Below are positions 53,475 through 63,739 of a stretch of 64,000 nt of DNA, piece after piece. Source of the DNA: an uncultured Planctomycetota bacterium (GTDB lineage Bacteria > Planctomycetota > Planctomycetia > Isosphaerales > Isosphaeraceae). A model generated the notes under the pieces. That model saw only the letters and a list, made by a program, of their open reading frames with translations, searched no databases and was not told the DNA's origin. Each line of letters starts with the position of its first letter. The stretch's first letter is position 1. Location of the stretch: assembly GCA_963845755.1 (NCBI GenBank), contig CAWJTV010000013.1, positions 256,001 through 320,000 of the forward strand, given 5' to 3'. Position numbers and translations under genes: made by a program.

Positions 53475-55019
53475 ATGCTCGAGACGAACGCAAATGCCTC
53501 CCACACGACCCGGTGGTGGATCTCTGCGATCTTGGCGACTTTGCTGGGTTTGGTTCTACGCGGCTTCGCCATCGATTCTCAGAGTTTCTGGTACGATGAG
53601 GCGGTTTCATCAGATATCATCATGTCCTCTTATGGAGATATATTATGTGGAGACGCGAAGGACCAGGGCAATCCGAACGCATACTTGATCTGTGCGAAGG
53701 CCTGGTCGGGCCTTTTCGGGCGCACCGAGATCGGGTTTCGCAGCTTTTCAGTGGTTTGCGGCGTCTTGACCATTCCTTTACTCGGACTCCTGGGATGTCA
53801 ACTCTTCAATGAAGACGTGGGGATTATGGCAGCCGGTCTGCTGGCGATCTCACCCCTCGAGATTGAGCTCTCGAACGAAGCGAGGTGCTATGCTCTGCTT
53901 CATCTCGTGGCGGTTGGGAACACGTACTTCTTCGTCTTGTGGGTACGAGGAGAGCGACGGATCGATCTGATCCTTTACGGAGCGACCGCCGCTCTCGGGT
54001 GGTACACTCACTATTACGCCCCCGCGCTCCAGCTGGCCCAAGCAACCTCGCTGGCAGTCTTACCCCACCTTCGAAAGCGACTTTTCCCCTGGACCGGCGC
54101 AATGCTCGGGGCGATCTTGCTCTGGAGCCCATGGCTTCCCGCTTTCGTCGAACAACTCCGCACCCCCGGGAACTTGGAGCGTGTCCCCGGGGAGAGTTGG
54201 CTGATACAGTACTTCGCTACGCCGATCGCCTTCGGACTGGGGCGAACCTTTGCCTGGCGCGATTCGCCCTACTGGATGTTCGGACTGGCGGCACTCGTCG
54301 TGATGGTGACGCTGCTCTTTCCGGTTGCTCTCGGAATTGTGCGCGGTCCCTCTCAGCGATTTGCGCGCGTGCTCCTGCGGCATGGTTCCTGATACCGATT
54401 CTCGGCCCTTTGATCCCGGCAGTTCTGGGGAAGCCCATCTATTCATACCGATATGCAAGTATCGGCGTGCCGGCCTTCCTCTTGCTGGCCGCGCTAGGAT
54501 TGCGACAACTTCGCCCAACATCGAGAGCGGTCCTCCTGGGATTACTCCTCAGCTTCACCGCGATCTCCTTGTTCCGGTATGCGACGCGGCCCTTGAAGGA
54601 TGATTGGCGCTCTGCGGCCCGCACGCTCCTCGCCGGGATGGACGCCCAGGAGTTGGTCCTTTTCGATAAACCGATCGAGATCGTTACGTTTCGTTATTAC
54701 GCTTCCAGGTATGGTTGCATGCCGGCGAAGGTGGTTGGCCTGAAGCCTCGGTCAATTGGTGGGAGCAGACTCTCCGGGAATGGGTATCGGGACGGGACTC
54801 GGATCGAGTGGGATGACCGGGATTATTCCGTCGAAATCGGCGCGAGCCCAGGTCTCTGGCTGGCCCTCTGTCTCCCCGTCCTACGCGCCGAGGAATACAC
54901 ATCGGAGTTTCGAACGCCTGGGTTTTAGGCTGGTTGAACATCAGTCGTTTCATCGAGTTGATGTATATCACTTCATAAAAATAAAGGGTCTCCGGGGCTC
55001 GGACACGCGGGTCCGGTGA
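53475..55019 (+). CDS. GT-C glycosyltransferase (GT39/ArnT/PMT-like; two frameshifts)
   Basis: SFWYDE, SNEARCY, YTHYY, LWSPW, RY, DDWR; many TM helices. Confidence 0.85.
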
Positions 55020-55045
55020 GTCGCGGTCGCCGCAATTGGGAGGAC

Positions 55046-56233
55046 ATGTTTATGATTATATTAAAATCTATTTTTTGTTTGTGCGGCTTATTAATTATTT
55101 ATGTTTATTTAATTTATATGCTTCTGATCTGTTTCCTGGATTACTGGTTCGCGCCATCGACCGGGGAAACCCCGGACGATCCCGAGGATTGGCCCGAGGT
55201 CACGTTGCTGATCGCCGCGTACAACGAGGAAGCCGTCATCGAGCAACGGATCCGCAATGGCCTGGCCATGGACTATCCGCGCGAGCGGCTTGAGATCGTG
55301 ATCGGGCTGGATGGATGCACCGATAACACGGCAACGATTGCCCAGCGATTCGTGGGTCGCAGTCTCAGGCTGCTCGACTACCCCCAGCGCCGCGGCAAGG
55401 CCACCGTCCTCAACGCGGCCATGGCCGAGATCCAGAGTCCGATTGTCCTGATGTCCGACGCGAATACCGACATCGATCCTCAGGCGGCCCGCCGCCTCGT
55501 CCGATGGTTCCAGGACCCGTGGGTGGGTGCCGTCGTGGGACGGTTGATCCTGACCGAGCCGGGCACCGGCAATAACGTGGACAGCCTTTACTGGAGGTAC
55601 GAGACCTTTTTGAAGCGATGCGAGGGGCGGCTGGGAGCGCTGCTGGGGGCCAACGGCGCCATCTATGCGATTCGCCGCGATCTCTATGTCCCGATTCCCT
55701 CCGACACCATCATCGACGACTTCGTCATTCCGCTGCTGGCCAAGCTCCGTTCGGGCTGCACCATCATCTACGATGGCGAGGCCGTCGCGCGGGAGGAGAC
55801 CCCCGCGAGCGTCGCCTCGGAATTCCAACGCCGGGCCCGGATCGGGGCCGGCGGGTTCCAGAGCATCGCCCTGCTCTGGCGATTGCTCGATCCCCGCCGT
55901 GGCTGGGTCGCGTTCACTTTCCTCTCGCACAAAGTCTTGCGCTGGTTGTGCCCGTTTTTCTTGATCGGACTCCTGGTCAGCAACGCCCTACTCCGGGATC
56001 ACATCCTTTTTCGATGGGCGTTCGGCGCCCAGATCGCCTTCTATGGGGTATCGCTCTTGGCAGCCCTCGCGCCACGGGGTATTAGACTGCCGAAGCTCAT
56101 CCGGCTAATGACCATGTTTACCGGCATGAACGCCGCCCTCCTCGTGGGCTTCTTCCGCTGGATCACGAGGCGTCAGAGTGCTGCATGGCGGCGGACGACG
56201 CGGGTGGCGGAAGCCACCGGAGCCCTCCGATGA
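55046..56233 (+). CDS. GT2 glycosyltransferase (membrane-bound, PgaC/IcaA-like)
   Basis: LLIAAYNEE, DGCTD, RRGK, SDAN, GAIYAIRR, DDF, QRRARIGAG. Confidence 0.92.
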   Translation: MFMIILKSIFCLCGLLIIYVYLIYMLLICFLDYWFAPSTGETPDDPEDWPEVTLLIAAYNEEAVIEQRIRNGLAMDYPRERLEIVIGLDGCTDNTATIAQRFVGRSLRLLDYPQRRGKATVLNAAMAEIQSPIVLMSDANTDIDPQAARRLVRWFQDPWVGAVVGRLILTEPGTGNNVDSLYWRYETFLKRCEGRLGALLGANGAIYAIRRDLYVPIPSDTIIDDFVIPLLAKLRSGCTIIYDGEAVAREETPASVASEFQRRARIGAGGFQSIALLWRLLDPRRGWVAFTFLSHKVLRWLCPFFLIGLLVSNALLRDHILFRWAFGAQIAFYGVSLLAALAPRGIRLPKLIRLMTMFTGMNAALLVGFFRWITRRQSAAWRRTTRVAEATGALR

Positions 56234-57456
56234 ACACGGGATACCTTCTGGCCTGCATCTTCGGCGCCGTAGTCTTGCTCATGGCAGGGGGCGGCCTCGT
56301 CGACGGCGAGTTGCGTCGGAGGAGCATGGACCGCTGGATGTTCACCTACATCCGGGAGCGGTCGAGTCGTCATGCGCCGAGACCCGGCAGGCCGGTCCAT
56401 CTTCTGCTGTGCATCGCCGACCACTTCGAGCCGAGAAATGGCGGGGTGACTCCGGATGTCGCCCGTGGGCGGATGCTTCGGTGGACTGAAGACTATCCGA
56501 GGTTCTGCCAGGAATTCCGCGACAGCGATGGGCGTCCCCCCCGACATACGTTCTTCTACCCCATCGAGCAGTACGTCGATTCGGATCTCGATGCGCTGGC
56601 GGAGATCTGTAGACTCGGCCTCGGCGAGGTGGAGATTCACCTCCATCACGACCACGACACTTCGGAAAACCTGCATCGGACCCTGATGACCTTCAAGGAG
56701 GTTTTGGCACGGAACCATGGACTGCTAGCCCGGCATCGCGAGACGGGCGAGGTCGCCTACGGCTTCGTGCACGGAAATTGGGCATTGGACAACGCGCGCC
56801 CCGATGGGGCTTGCTGCGGCGTCAACGATGAGATCGAGATCCTCAAGAGGACTGGGTGCTACGCCGACTTCACGCTGCCCTCGGCGCCCGACCCGACCCA
56901 GACCCGCAAGATCAATAGCATTTACTACGCAGTCGACGACCCGCATCGACCCAAGTCGCACGACTCGGGGACCGACCTCGGGAGTGGCATGATTCCGCGC
57001 GACGGGCTGATGATCGTCCAGGGGCCACTGGTCCTGGACTGGAAGCGCCGCAAGTGGGGGATTCTCCCTCGGATCGAGAACGGCTGTCTCCAGGGTAACC
57101 AGCCTCCGGACCCGGTCCGACTCGAAGGATGGCTTAGAGCGCGGGTCCAGATCCCCACGCGGCCGGACTGGTATTTCGTCAAGCTCCATACCCACGGCGC
57201 GCCCGAGGAGAACCAGCGTGTCCTCCTAGGCGAGCCGATGGCCGCGTTCCATCGCGCGCTGGCCCGGAAGGCAACCGAGGATACGAGCTTCCATTTCCAC
57301 TATGTAACGGCTCGCGAGATGTACAACCTGGCCTGCGCCGCCGAAGCCGGCTGGCAGGGTACTGTGGATGACGCGCGGGATTATGAGCTAGTCTTTAACG
57401 GGGCTGTGCGATTGGTGTCGGCCTCCGGTCGAGACATCAACACGGCAACGGCGTGA
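56230..57456 (+). CDS. Conserved hypothetical protein, probable metal-dependent carbohydrate esterase/hydrolase
   Basis: DHFEP, HTFFYP, EIHLHH, HGNWALDN, KLHTHG, HYVTAREMYN. Confidence 0.75.
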   Translation: MNTGYLLACIFGAVVLLMAGGGLVDGELRRRSMDRWMFTYIRERSSRHAPRPGRPVHLLLCIADHFEPRNGGVTPDVARGRMLRWTEDYPRFCQEFRDSDGRPPRHTFFYPIEQYVDSDLDALAEICRLGLGEVEIHLHHDHDTSENLHRTLMTFKEVLARNHGLLARHRETGEVAYGFVHGNWALDNARPDGACCGVNDEIEILKRTGCYADFTLPSAPDPTQTRKINSIYYAVDDPHRPKSHDSGTDLGSGMIPRDGLMIVQGPLVLDWKRRKWGILPRIENGCLQGNQPPDPVRLEGWLRARVQIPTRPDWYFVKLHTHGAPEENQRVLLGEPMAAFHRALARKATEDTSFHFHYVTAREMYNLACAAEAGWQGTVDDARDYELVFNGAVRLVSASGRDINTATA

Positions 57457-57545
57457 CGGTGCGCATTTTGTTCAGCCCACTACTTAAGTAAGATCAGGGA
57501 ACGAGGCCAGGTCGCAGGCCGTGGACTCCAGCAAGGATTGAAGGC

Positions 57546-59189
57546 ATGATCAACGTCGCCAACGGTGGGGCGAGTTCGGCGAGATCGTCGCTGCCGACCA
57601 AGATGAGAGGACGACTCCTCACTCTGGTCTTGGTCTCGGCTTCGGTCTGGGGCTGTCACTCAGACGTCCGAGCCGCCGATTACTGGGTCGCTCCCAACGG
57701 GCGAGATGCGACCGGTCGGGGCAGTCGATCTCGTCCGTGGGCGACCCTCCAATATGCCGCCAACCGGGTTCGTAAGGCCGATATCGTCCACGTCCTCGAT
57801 GGTGATTACGAAGGTTTCTACTTGACCCGCGGGGGGACGCAGTACGCCCCGGTCCAGTTCCGAGCCGAGGGGAAGCACGTTCGGATCTCGAAGCGGAACC
57901 GCGAGACCCCGGACGGGATTAACATCGAGGGTGCCAGCCATGTCATTCTCGACGGCTTCGCGATCAACGGCATGCCTCGCGCCGGGATCCGTGCCACGCA
58001 CAGCTCCGGTACCAGGATCCAACACATCAACGCCGATGGCAACGGGATCTGGGGAATCTACACAAGTTTCTGCGATGATATCCGCATCGAAGACAACTCC
58101 TGCTCGGGATCGATCAAGGAGCACGGAATCTACGTGAGCAACAGCGCCGACCGACCCGTCATCCGCGGCAACACCTCCCGAGGCAATCGGCAATGTGGTA
58201 TCCATATCAACGGCGATGCGAGCCAGGGGGGCGACGGGATCATCTCAGGTGCCCGGATCGAGAACAACCTCATCTCCGATAATGGTCGCGGCGGCGGGTC
58301 GGGCATCAATTGCGATGGCGTGCAGGACTCCAAGATCCAGAACAACTTGCTCTACGAGAATCACTCCAGCGGGATTTCCCTCTACCGCGTCGACGGAGCG
58401 GCCGGGTTGACCGGCAACTCTGTGATCAACAATACGGTCGTCCAGGCGACGGATTCGCGGTGGGCCGTCAACATCAAGAACCGGAGCAGGAACAACCTCG
58501 TCGCGAACAATATCCTCATGAACGGTGGATCGCGTGGTAGCCTCAACGTCTCCTTGGACTCCTTGGCAGGACTCCGGAGCGATCATAACATCGTTGCGGA
58601 CCGGTTCTCGCCCGACGATGGCGAGCGAATCCTCAAATTATTCTCCTGGCAGTCCGTAACGGGTCTTGATGGCCACTCTCGCCTCTCGAGTCCCCGGGAT
58701 CTTTTCGTCGATCCTGATGGCGGCGACTACCACCTCCGGCAGGGGAGTCCAGCGATCGACGCGGCCGACCTCGCGATGTCTCCACGCACAGACATCGAAG
58801 GAGTGCCCCGGCCGCTGGGCGCCGGCCCGGACGCGGGCGCCTACGAAGCGAGGGCCGGCGCCAAGAACGGCCACGGCCGAGTCGGTCCTCTTCGAGGGCA
58901 TGTCCTCACAGCAGGATTCCTTGCTCTCGTCGTTGCTGGGTTCGCAGCAACATGGGGGTTTCGCGCTTGGATTCAGGCTATTCCCACAGCAATCGTGATG
59001 GATGTACTTTTTGATACTTTGGCAAGCTGTTGTGTCGAAGCAACATCCAGTTGCAGGCTACAATCCCCCTTCGACCTGCCAAACTTGGCACTCTTGATAT
59101 TTAATGACCAAACTAGACCCTTCAGACCAGAGTCGCGATACGCCCCTGCCGGCTCGTCGCGTTCCGGGTCCGATGCATCTCGAAGATGA
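57546..59189 (+). CDS. Secreted right-handed beta-helix protein (paralog of 42376)
   Basis: YWVAPNG..GS.SRPWATLQ, HGIYVSNS, GIHINGD.SQGG.G, INCDGVQDS.IQNNL, RPLGAGPDAGAYE. Confidence 0.87.
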   Translation: MINVANGGASSARSSLPTKMRGRLLTLVLVSASVWGCHSDVRAADYWVAPNGRDATGRGSRSRPWATLQYAANRVRKADIVHVLDGDYEGFYLTRGGTQYAPVQFRAEGKHVRISKRNRETPDGINIEGASHVILDGFAINGMPRAGIRATHSSGTRIQHINADGNGIWGIYTSFCDDIRIEDNSCSGSIKEHGIYVSNSADRPVIRGNTSRGNRQCGIHINGDASQGGDGIISGARIENNLISDNGRGGGSGINCDGVQDSKIQNNLLYENHSSGISLYRVDGAAGLTGNSVINNTVVQATDSRWAVNIKNRSRNNLVANNILMNGGSRGSLNVSLDSLAGLRSDHNIVADRFSPDDGERILKLFSWQSVTGLDGHSRLSSPRDLFVDPDGGDYHLRQGSPAIDAADLAMSPRTDIEGVPRPLGAGPDAGAYEARAGAKNGHGRVGPLRGHVLTAGFLALVVAGFAATWGFRAWIQAIPTAIVMDVLFDTLASCCVEATSSCRLQSPFDLPNLALLIFNDQTRPFRPESRYAPAGSSRSGSDASRR

Positions 59190-59238
59190 GACGGCCGATT
59201 TCTCAGGTCGATGCCACACACCAAGACCTGGAGGGGTT

Positions 59239-60575
59239 ATGCGTCTGTGCCTGGTCGAAGATATGGCCGCCGGTGGGCTTGAACCACTGACCTTGACACG
59301 TCCGGTGCATGAATTGCTCCTGGGCGCCACCACACTCGCAAGCAAACTTGCGCGCGCGTTCGGTATCGGACCTGGACCACAGCGTCGTGGATGCGTGATT
59401 CGCTCCCATCTGGTGACCGCCCAGCAACATCGTGATCCGCACATGGTGGTGAACGACCGTGACTGGCTGGCGTGCGCGGCGGTGGTCGTGGCCAACAGTC
59501 GATGGGTTCCCCCAGCGGGGTTCCGGGTTCCCGACGATCATGGTCCCTGGGTGGGATTGTGCGAGGGGCAACCGGCCTGTGCGCTGGTTGGTCCCGAGGA
59601 GGCCGACTCGCTGGAACCGCAGCATGTCAACATCTGGTTCGAGCGGGTCGCGGCCCGGTACGGAGGGTCGGAGCTCGGCGGCGAGTGGATCGTTCGCCCG
59701 TGGGATCTGGTCGCCCGCAACGGAGCCTATCTGGAGCGGGATTTTGTCGAGGGAGGGCATGGGGGAGTCACCAACCGGCACTTGACCACGATGGCGCTCG
59801 TGGGACCAGCCGATCGACTGCGAGTCCACGATACCGCCCGCATCGACCCCTACACCGTCTTCGACACGACGAACGGCCCGATCATCCTGGGGCCGAATGT
59901 CTGGGTCCAACCGTTCACCCGGATCGAGGGCCCGTGTGCGATCGCCGCCGACACCCAACTCTTCCGGGCCAACCTGCGCGGTTGTGTGACGATCGGGCCT
60001 CAGTGCCGGATCGGTGGCGAGGTCGAGGCCGCCATCGTCCACGGCTTCTCCAACAAGTATCACGAGGGGTTCCTGGGGCATGCTTATGTCGGCGAATGGG
60101 TCAACCTCGGAGCGATCACGTCCAACAGCGACCTGCGCAATGATTACGGCGAGGTCTCCGTCCCCCTCCAGGGGGACCCGATTCCGACCGGTCAGGCCAA
60201 GGTTGGCTGCTTCATCGGCGACCATACGCGGACCGGCATGGGGAGCATGCTCAATACGGGTACGTCGATTGGCGTGATGTGCAACGTCCTGCCGGCAGGG
60301 ATCCTCTTGCCGAAGCACGTGCCGTCATTCACCGCAGTCTTGTACGGCCGGGTTGCGCCAGCTTTTCGCTCGACAAGATCTTCGAGACGGCTCGCATCGT
60401 GATGAGCCGCCGGGGCAAGGTGTTCAACGAGGCCGAGGAACTGCTCCACATGGCGCTCCACGACCAGACCCGCCTCGAACGCGAGCGCGCCTTCCAGCGC
60501 TCCCATGATCGCCGGGGCGATTTCTGGCCGATCGCCCAGGCCGCACGGCCCGATCGGCCCTACGCCGCTCTGTAG
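59239..60575 (+). CDS. Putative sugar nucleotidyltransferase, GlmU-like with left-handed beta-helix (3' frameshift)
   Basis: LEPLTLTRPVHELLLG, IGGEVE, SNKYHEGFLGHAYVGEWVNLGA..NSDL.NDY. Confidence 0.87.
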
Positions 60576-60973
60576 CTTACGGCGACCAGAACATTGATGT
60601 CGCCAGAGAATACGATCACAAGTCACTGTCGCAAGAAAGGCCGTGCTGCACTCAGCCAATATAAAACCGCACGTTTCCCAATAATATCGTTTAACTAGGA
60701 TTCATTGAAAAAAATATCGAAGTGGACTTGACTTCATAGTACAATCACGGTGAAAATCCATCACTCGCTCATTGAGGAGCGGGAGAGAGCAGAGTCGCAA
60801 GGATCGTCCCAACGAAGTCGGGGACATCTGAGATTGCTCCTGGCGTGTCTGCTCGCGCGCGCATTCGATGTCTTGCGAGGGCGCCCACAAGGTTCTCTCG
60901 AAGCGACCCGCCAGCATTGTCGCTGGTAGTCTCAATTCGACTCACAATCCCAATCTCGTACGGAGGACGTACC

Positions 60974-61639
60974 ATGCCATCATCGAATGGGTGTTTGCTT
61001 GCAGAACCTGTTGCGTTGATTGAGGACAAGGTGACCGCAATCATCGACGAGCTCATCGAGTCGCTGCCCGACCCGAAACAGCTTACCAGCCAAGAGCGCC
61101 GTGGGATCATTGCGAGATACACCTCGGTGCTCGAAGGCAATTTCATTTACTGGATGACGGCCGCGGTCATCGCCGCTAAGGCGGAGCAATCGGGGCCCAT
61201 CCTGCTGGAAAACCTGTATGAGGAAGTGCATGACTGCCATCCACTGATGCTGCGCAAGTTTGCGATGGCGGCCAACGCCTTCCCCACCGATACAGACGCC
61301 TTGGCGGTGCACGACGACCTGACCAAGATACGCCAGTTCATGGGCAAGCTCTCGCCGGTCAAGTTGGTGTTGACGATGGGCTTCTTCGAGGGCTTCATCC
61401 AAAAGTTTATGGCTTACCTGGCCTACTTGGCCGCGCAACAGGGCTCGACGGAGATGGAGTACACCGATGTCCATGGTGTCTGCGACATCGAGCACACCGA
61501 AGGGCTCTTCAAGGTGTTAGCTGCTGAGATTGCCCTGACGTCGCCCGCGCCGGATGCGGATCTCTTCGAGGGAGTCGCCCTTCTTCGCACTCTGATCGAG
61601 CGGATTATCTGGCCCCACGCGGCACCGGCTGCTGCCTGA
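60974..61639 (+). CDS. Heme-oxygenase-like diiron oxidase (HDO; TenA/PqqC/CADD fold)
   Basis: ENLYEEVHDCH, FFEG, YTDVHGVCDIEH ligand pattern; helical composition; RBS GGAGG. Confidence 0.7.
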   Translation: MPSSNGCLLAEPVALIEDKVTAIIDELIESLPDPKQLTSQERRGIIARYTSVLEGNFIYWMTAAVIAAKAEQSGPILLENLYEEVHDCHPLMLRKFAMAANAFPTDTDALAVHDDLTKIRQFMGKLSPVKLVLTMGFFEGFIQKFMAYLAYLAAQQGSTEMEYTDVHGVCDIEHTEGLFKVLAAEIALTSPAPDADLFEGVALLRTLIERIIWPHAAPAAA

Positions 61640-61703
61640 ATCGCCGGGCGAGGAAATACGCGTGCCAAGCTAGCCAAGAACACTGCCAGCGGAGAACTCA
61701 TGC

Positions 61704-61949
61704 ATGAGCGTTCGATCTGAGATTCTCGACCAGTTCAACCAAGTCGCGCATGAGCAGGACAAGCGGCTCGGGCCGCTGTCCGATGAATCGCCGCTGCTGG
61801 ACTTGGGCTTGGACTCGCTGTGTTTCGCGATCATTGTGAGCCGCCTGGAAACCGTGCTGGGCGCGGACCCGTTCAGCGAGAGCGAAGACGCTCCCTTCCC
61901 TGTGATTCTGGGAGAGTTTATACGCTTCTATGAGAACGCCGTGCAATAG
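61704..61949 (+). CDS. Acyl carrier protein
   Basis: 81 aa, acidic, DLGLDSL phosphopantetheine motif. Confidence 0.9.
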   Translation: MSVRSEILDQFNQVAHEQDKRLGPLSDESPLLDLGLDSLCFAIIVSRLETVLGADPFSESEDAPFPVILGEFIRFYENAVQ

Positions 61950-63327
61950 CTTCCCTATCCTGCGGGATGCGATCGATGCCGACGGGACGCCGCCTGGCTC
62001 TTTGATCGGCGCCGCCCATCGCACCACTCTTGGCGATCTGCTCCAGGGGTCAGCGATTGCGTCCGGCGTTGAGAATCTGCGCGGACGCTCGGTGCTGATC
62101 GCCTCGGCTGACCCATTCCTCGTGGCGCTGGCGCTGATCGAGTGCGATGGACTGGCGCGGCGCATGACTCTCTATCCGCCCGACCTCGCTCTCGAGCATC
62201 TGCCCTACGTGATGCGTCACGCCGAGGTGGATTCGGTGGTCTCCGACGGCAGTTTTCTCAGCGCCGCCTCCATCGGCGCGGCGCAATATGCCATATGTAC
62301 GCCGCGGCTGGTCCCGCGCGTTCATGCCAGCCTAGAGCGTCTGCCCACCGAGTGGATTCTGCTCACCTCGGGAACAACCGGCCGGCCTAAGATGGTGCTG
62401 CACACGCTGGCCAGCTTGGCGGGAGCCATTGGCGCCAGCGAGTCGCACACCGAAGTGATCTGGGGCACGTTTTACGACATTCGCCGCTACGGCGGCCTGC
62501 AAATCTACCTTCGCGCCGTGCTGTCGCGTTCGTCGCTGTTGCTTACCGGGCCGCAGGAGCTGGTGGCGAACTTCCTGCGGCGTGCCGGAGAAGCCGGCGT
62601 AACGCACATCTCCGGCACTCCATCACACTGGCGGCGGGCGCTGATGAGCCCCGAAGCCGACCGCATTGCGCCACGTTACATCCGGCTCTCGGGCGAGATC
62701 GCCGATCAGGCCATCCTCAACAGCCTGCGCTCCTTCTATCCGGACGCTGAGATCAGCCACGCCTTTGCCACCACGGAAGCCGGCGTGGCCTTCGATGTCC
62801 GCGACGCGCTGTCAGGGTTCCCAGCCAGTATGCTGACCGGCACCTCAGGTGTCGACTTGAAGGTGGTGGACGCAACGCTGCGCGTGCGCTCCAGCCGCAC
62901 CGCCGAACGCTATCTCGGCGAGAATCCGCCCGTACTGAAAGACCGGGAGGACTTTGTTGACACCGGCGACGTGCTCGAGCTTCGCGATGGCCGCTATCAC
63001 TTCCAGGGCCGGCGCGACGGCGTTATCAACGTTGGCGGGCTCAAAGTGCATCCCGAGGAAGTCGAAGCGGTGCTCAACCGCCATCCTCAGGTGCGGCTGT
63101 CACTGGTCAAGACGAAGAAGAACCCGATTACCGGCGCGCTCGTCGTAGCCGATGTGCTTCTCAAGGACCCGTCTACTCCCGAGGGCGATCAGGCGCGTGA
63201 ATTGCAGCAGACCATCGCGCAGTTCTGCCGTGAGTCGCTGGCGCCACATAAGGTGCCGGCGGCGATCAGCTTTGTTCCCGCGTTAGCCATCTCGGAGACA
63301 GGAAAGCTGGTACGCCGTCATGGGTAA
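61930..63327 (+). CDS. AMP-dependent acyl-CoA/acyl-ACP ligase (ANL family)
   Basis: LTSGTTGRPK, FATTE, TGD, GRRDG.INVGGLKVHPEEVE, TGK. Confidence 0.92.
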   Translation: MRTPCNSFPILRDAIDADGTPPGSLIGAAHRTTLGDLLQGSAIASGVENLRGRSVLIASADPFLVALALIECDGLARRMTLYPPDLALEHLPYVMRHAEVDSVVSDGSFLSAASIGAAQYAICTPRLVPRVHASLERLPTEWILLTSGTTGRPKMVLHTLASLAGAIGASESHTEVIWGTFYDIRRYGGLQIYLRAVLSRSSLLLTGPQELVANFLRRAGEAGVTHISGTPSHWRRALMSPEADRIAPRYIRLSGEIADQAILNSLRSFYPDAEISHAFATTEAGVAFDVRDALSGFPASMLTGTSGVDLKVVDATLRVRSSRTAERYLGENPPVLKDREDFVDTGDVLELRDGRYHFQGRRDGVINVGGLKVHPEEVEAVLNRHPQVRLSLVKTKKNPITGALVVADVLLKDPSTPEGDQARELQQTIAQFCRESLAPHKVPAAISFVPALAISETGKLVRRHG

Positions 63328-63370
63328 CGTCATCGTGACCGGCGGAAGCCGAGGCATCGGACTCGTTGTT
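63320..63370 (+). pseudogene. SDR (FabG-like) N-terminal stub
   Basis: MGNVIVTGGSRGIGL, overlapping the ligase stop, then similarity is lost. Confidence 0.7.
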
Positions 63371-63718
63371 CGCTATGGAGCGGCGATCTTAACTGCACAG
63401 GTCTGTATCTGCGGCGGTCCCATGCTGGGGCTAGCATCTGCCGGACGCCGGGACTTCGCTACAGAAACCGTGCATGCTTCTCCTGCTGCCTAGATCTCCC
63501 TGGCCTGCCTGGCAGTCCTCCCGACTGTTCTGGCCTACACCCTGTGGTACGTGGCCCTGGAGCGGCGTTCCGCAGCGAAATTGACCATCTTTACCCATCT
63601 TACGCCGGTCTTTGGCGTCGTGCTGTCGGCGGCGGTGCTTGGCGAGGCTGTCGGGATGACCGTCATTTCAGGCGGGGTTGTCGTCGTTGGAGAACTCGCC
63701 TTCACAAACCTCAAATGA
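63365..63718 (+). pseudogene. EamA/DMT transporter C-terminal remnant
   Basis: LWYVALERRSAAKLTIFTHLTPVFGVVLSAAVLGE; stop and frameshift upstream. Confidence 0.65.
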
Positions 63719-63739
63719 ATTTTGTGGTGGCATAATCGT

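Noticed and set aside
37558..60575. Frameshifts in GTs, DUF362, GT-C and GlmU-like genes as pseudogenes or phase variation
   Set aside because: Isolated 1-nt indels without long homopolymers or SSRs and no accumulated stops; consensus error is more likely. Needs read polishing.
60700..60760. Sigma70-like promoter upstream of the HDO gene
   Set aside because: TTGACT and TACAAT are present but only 6 bp apart; AT-rich but not callable.
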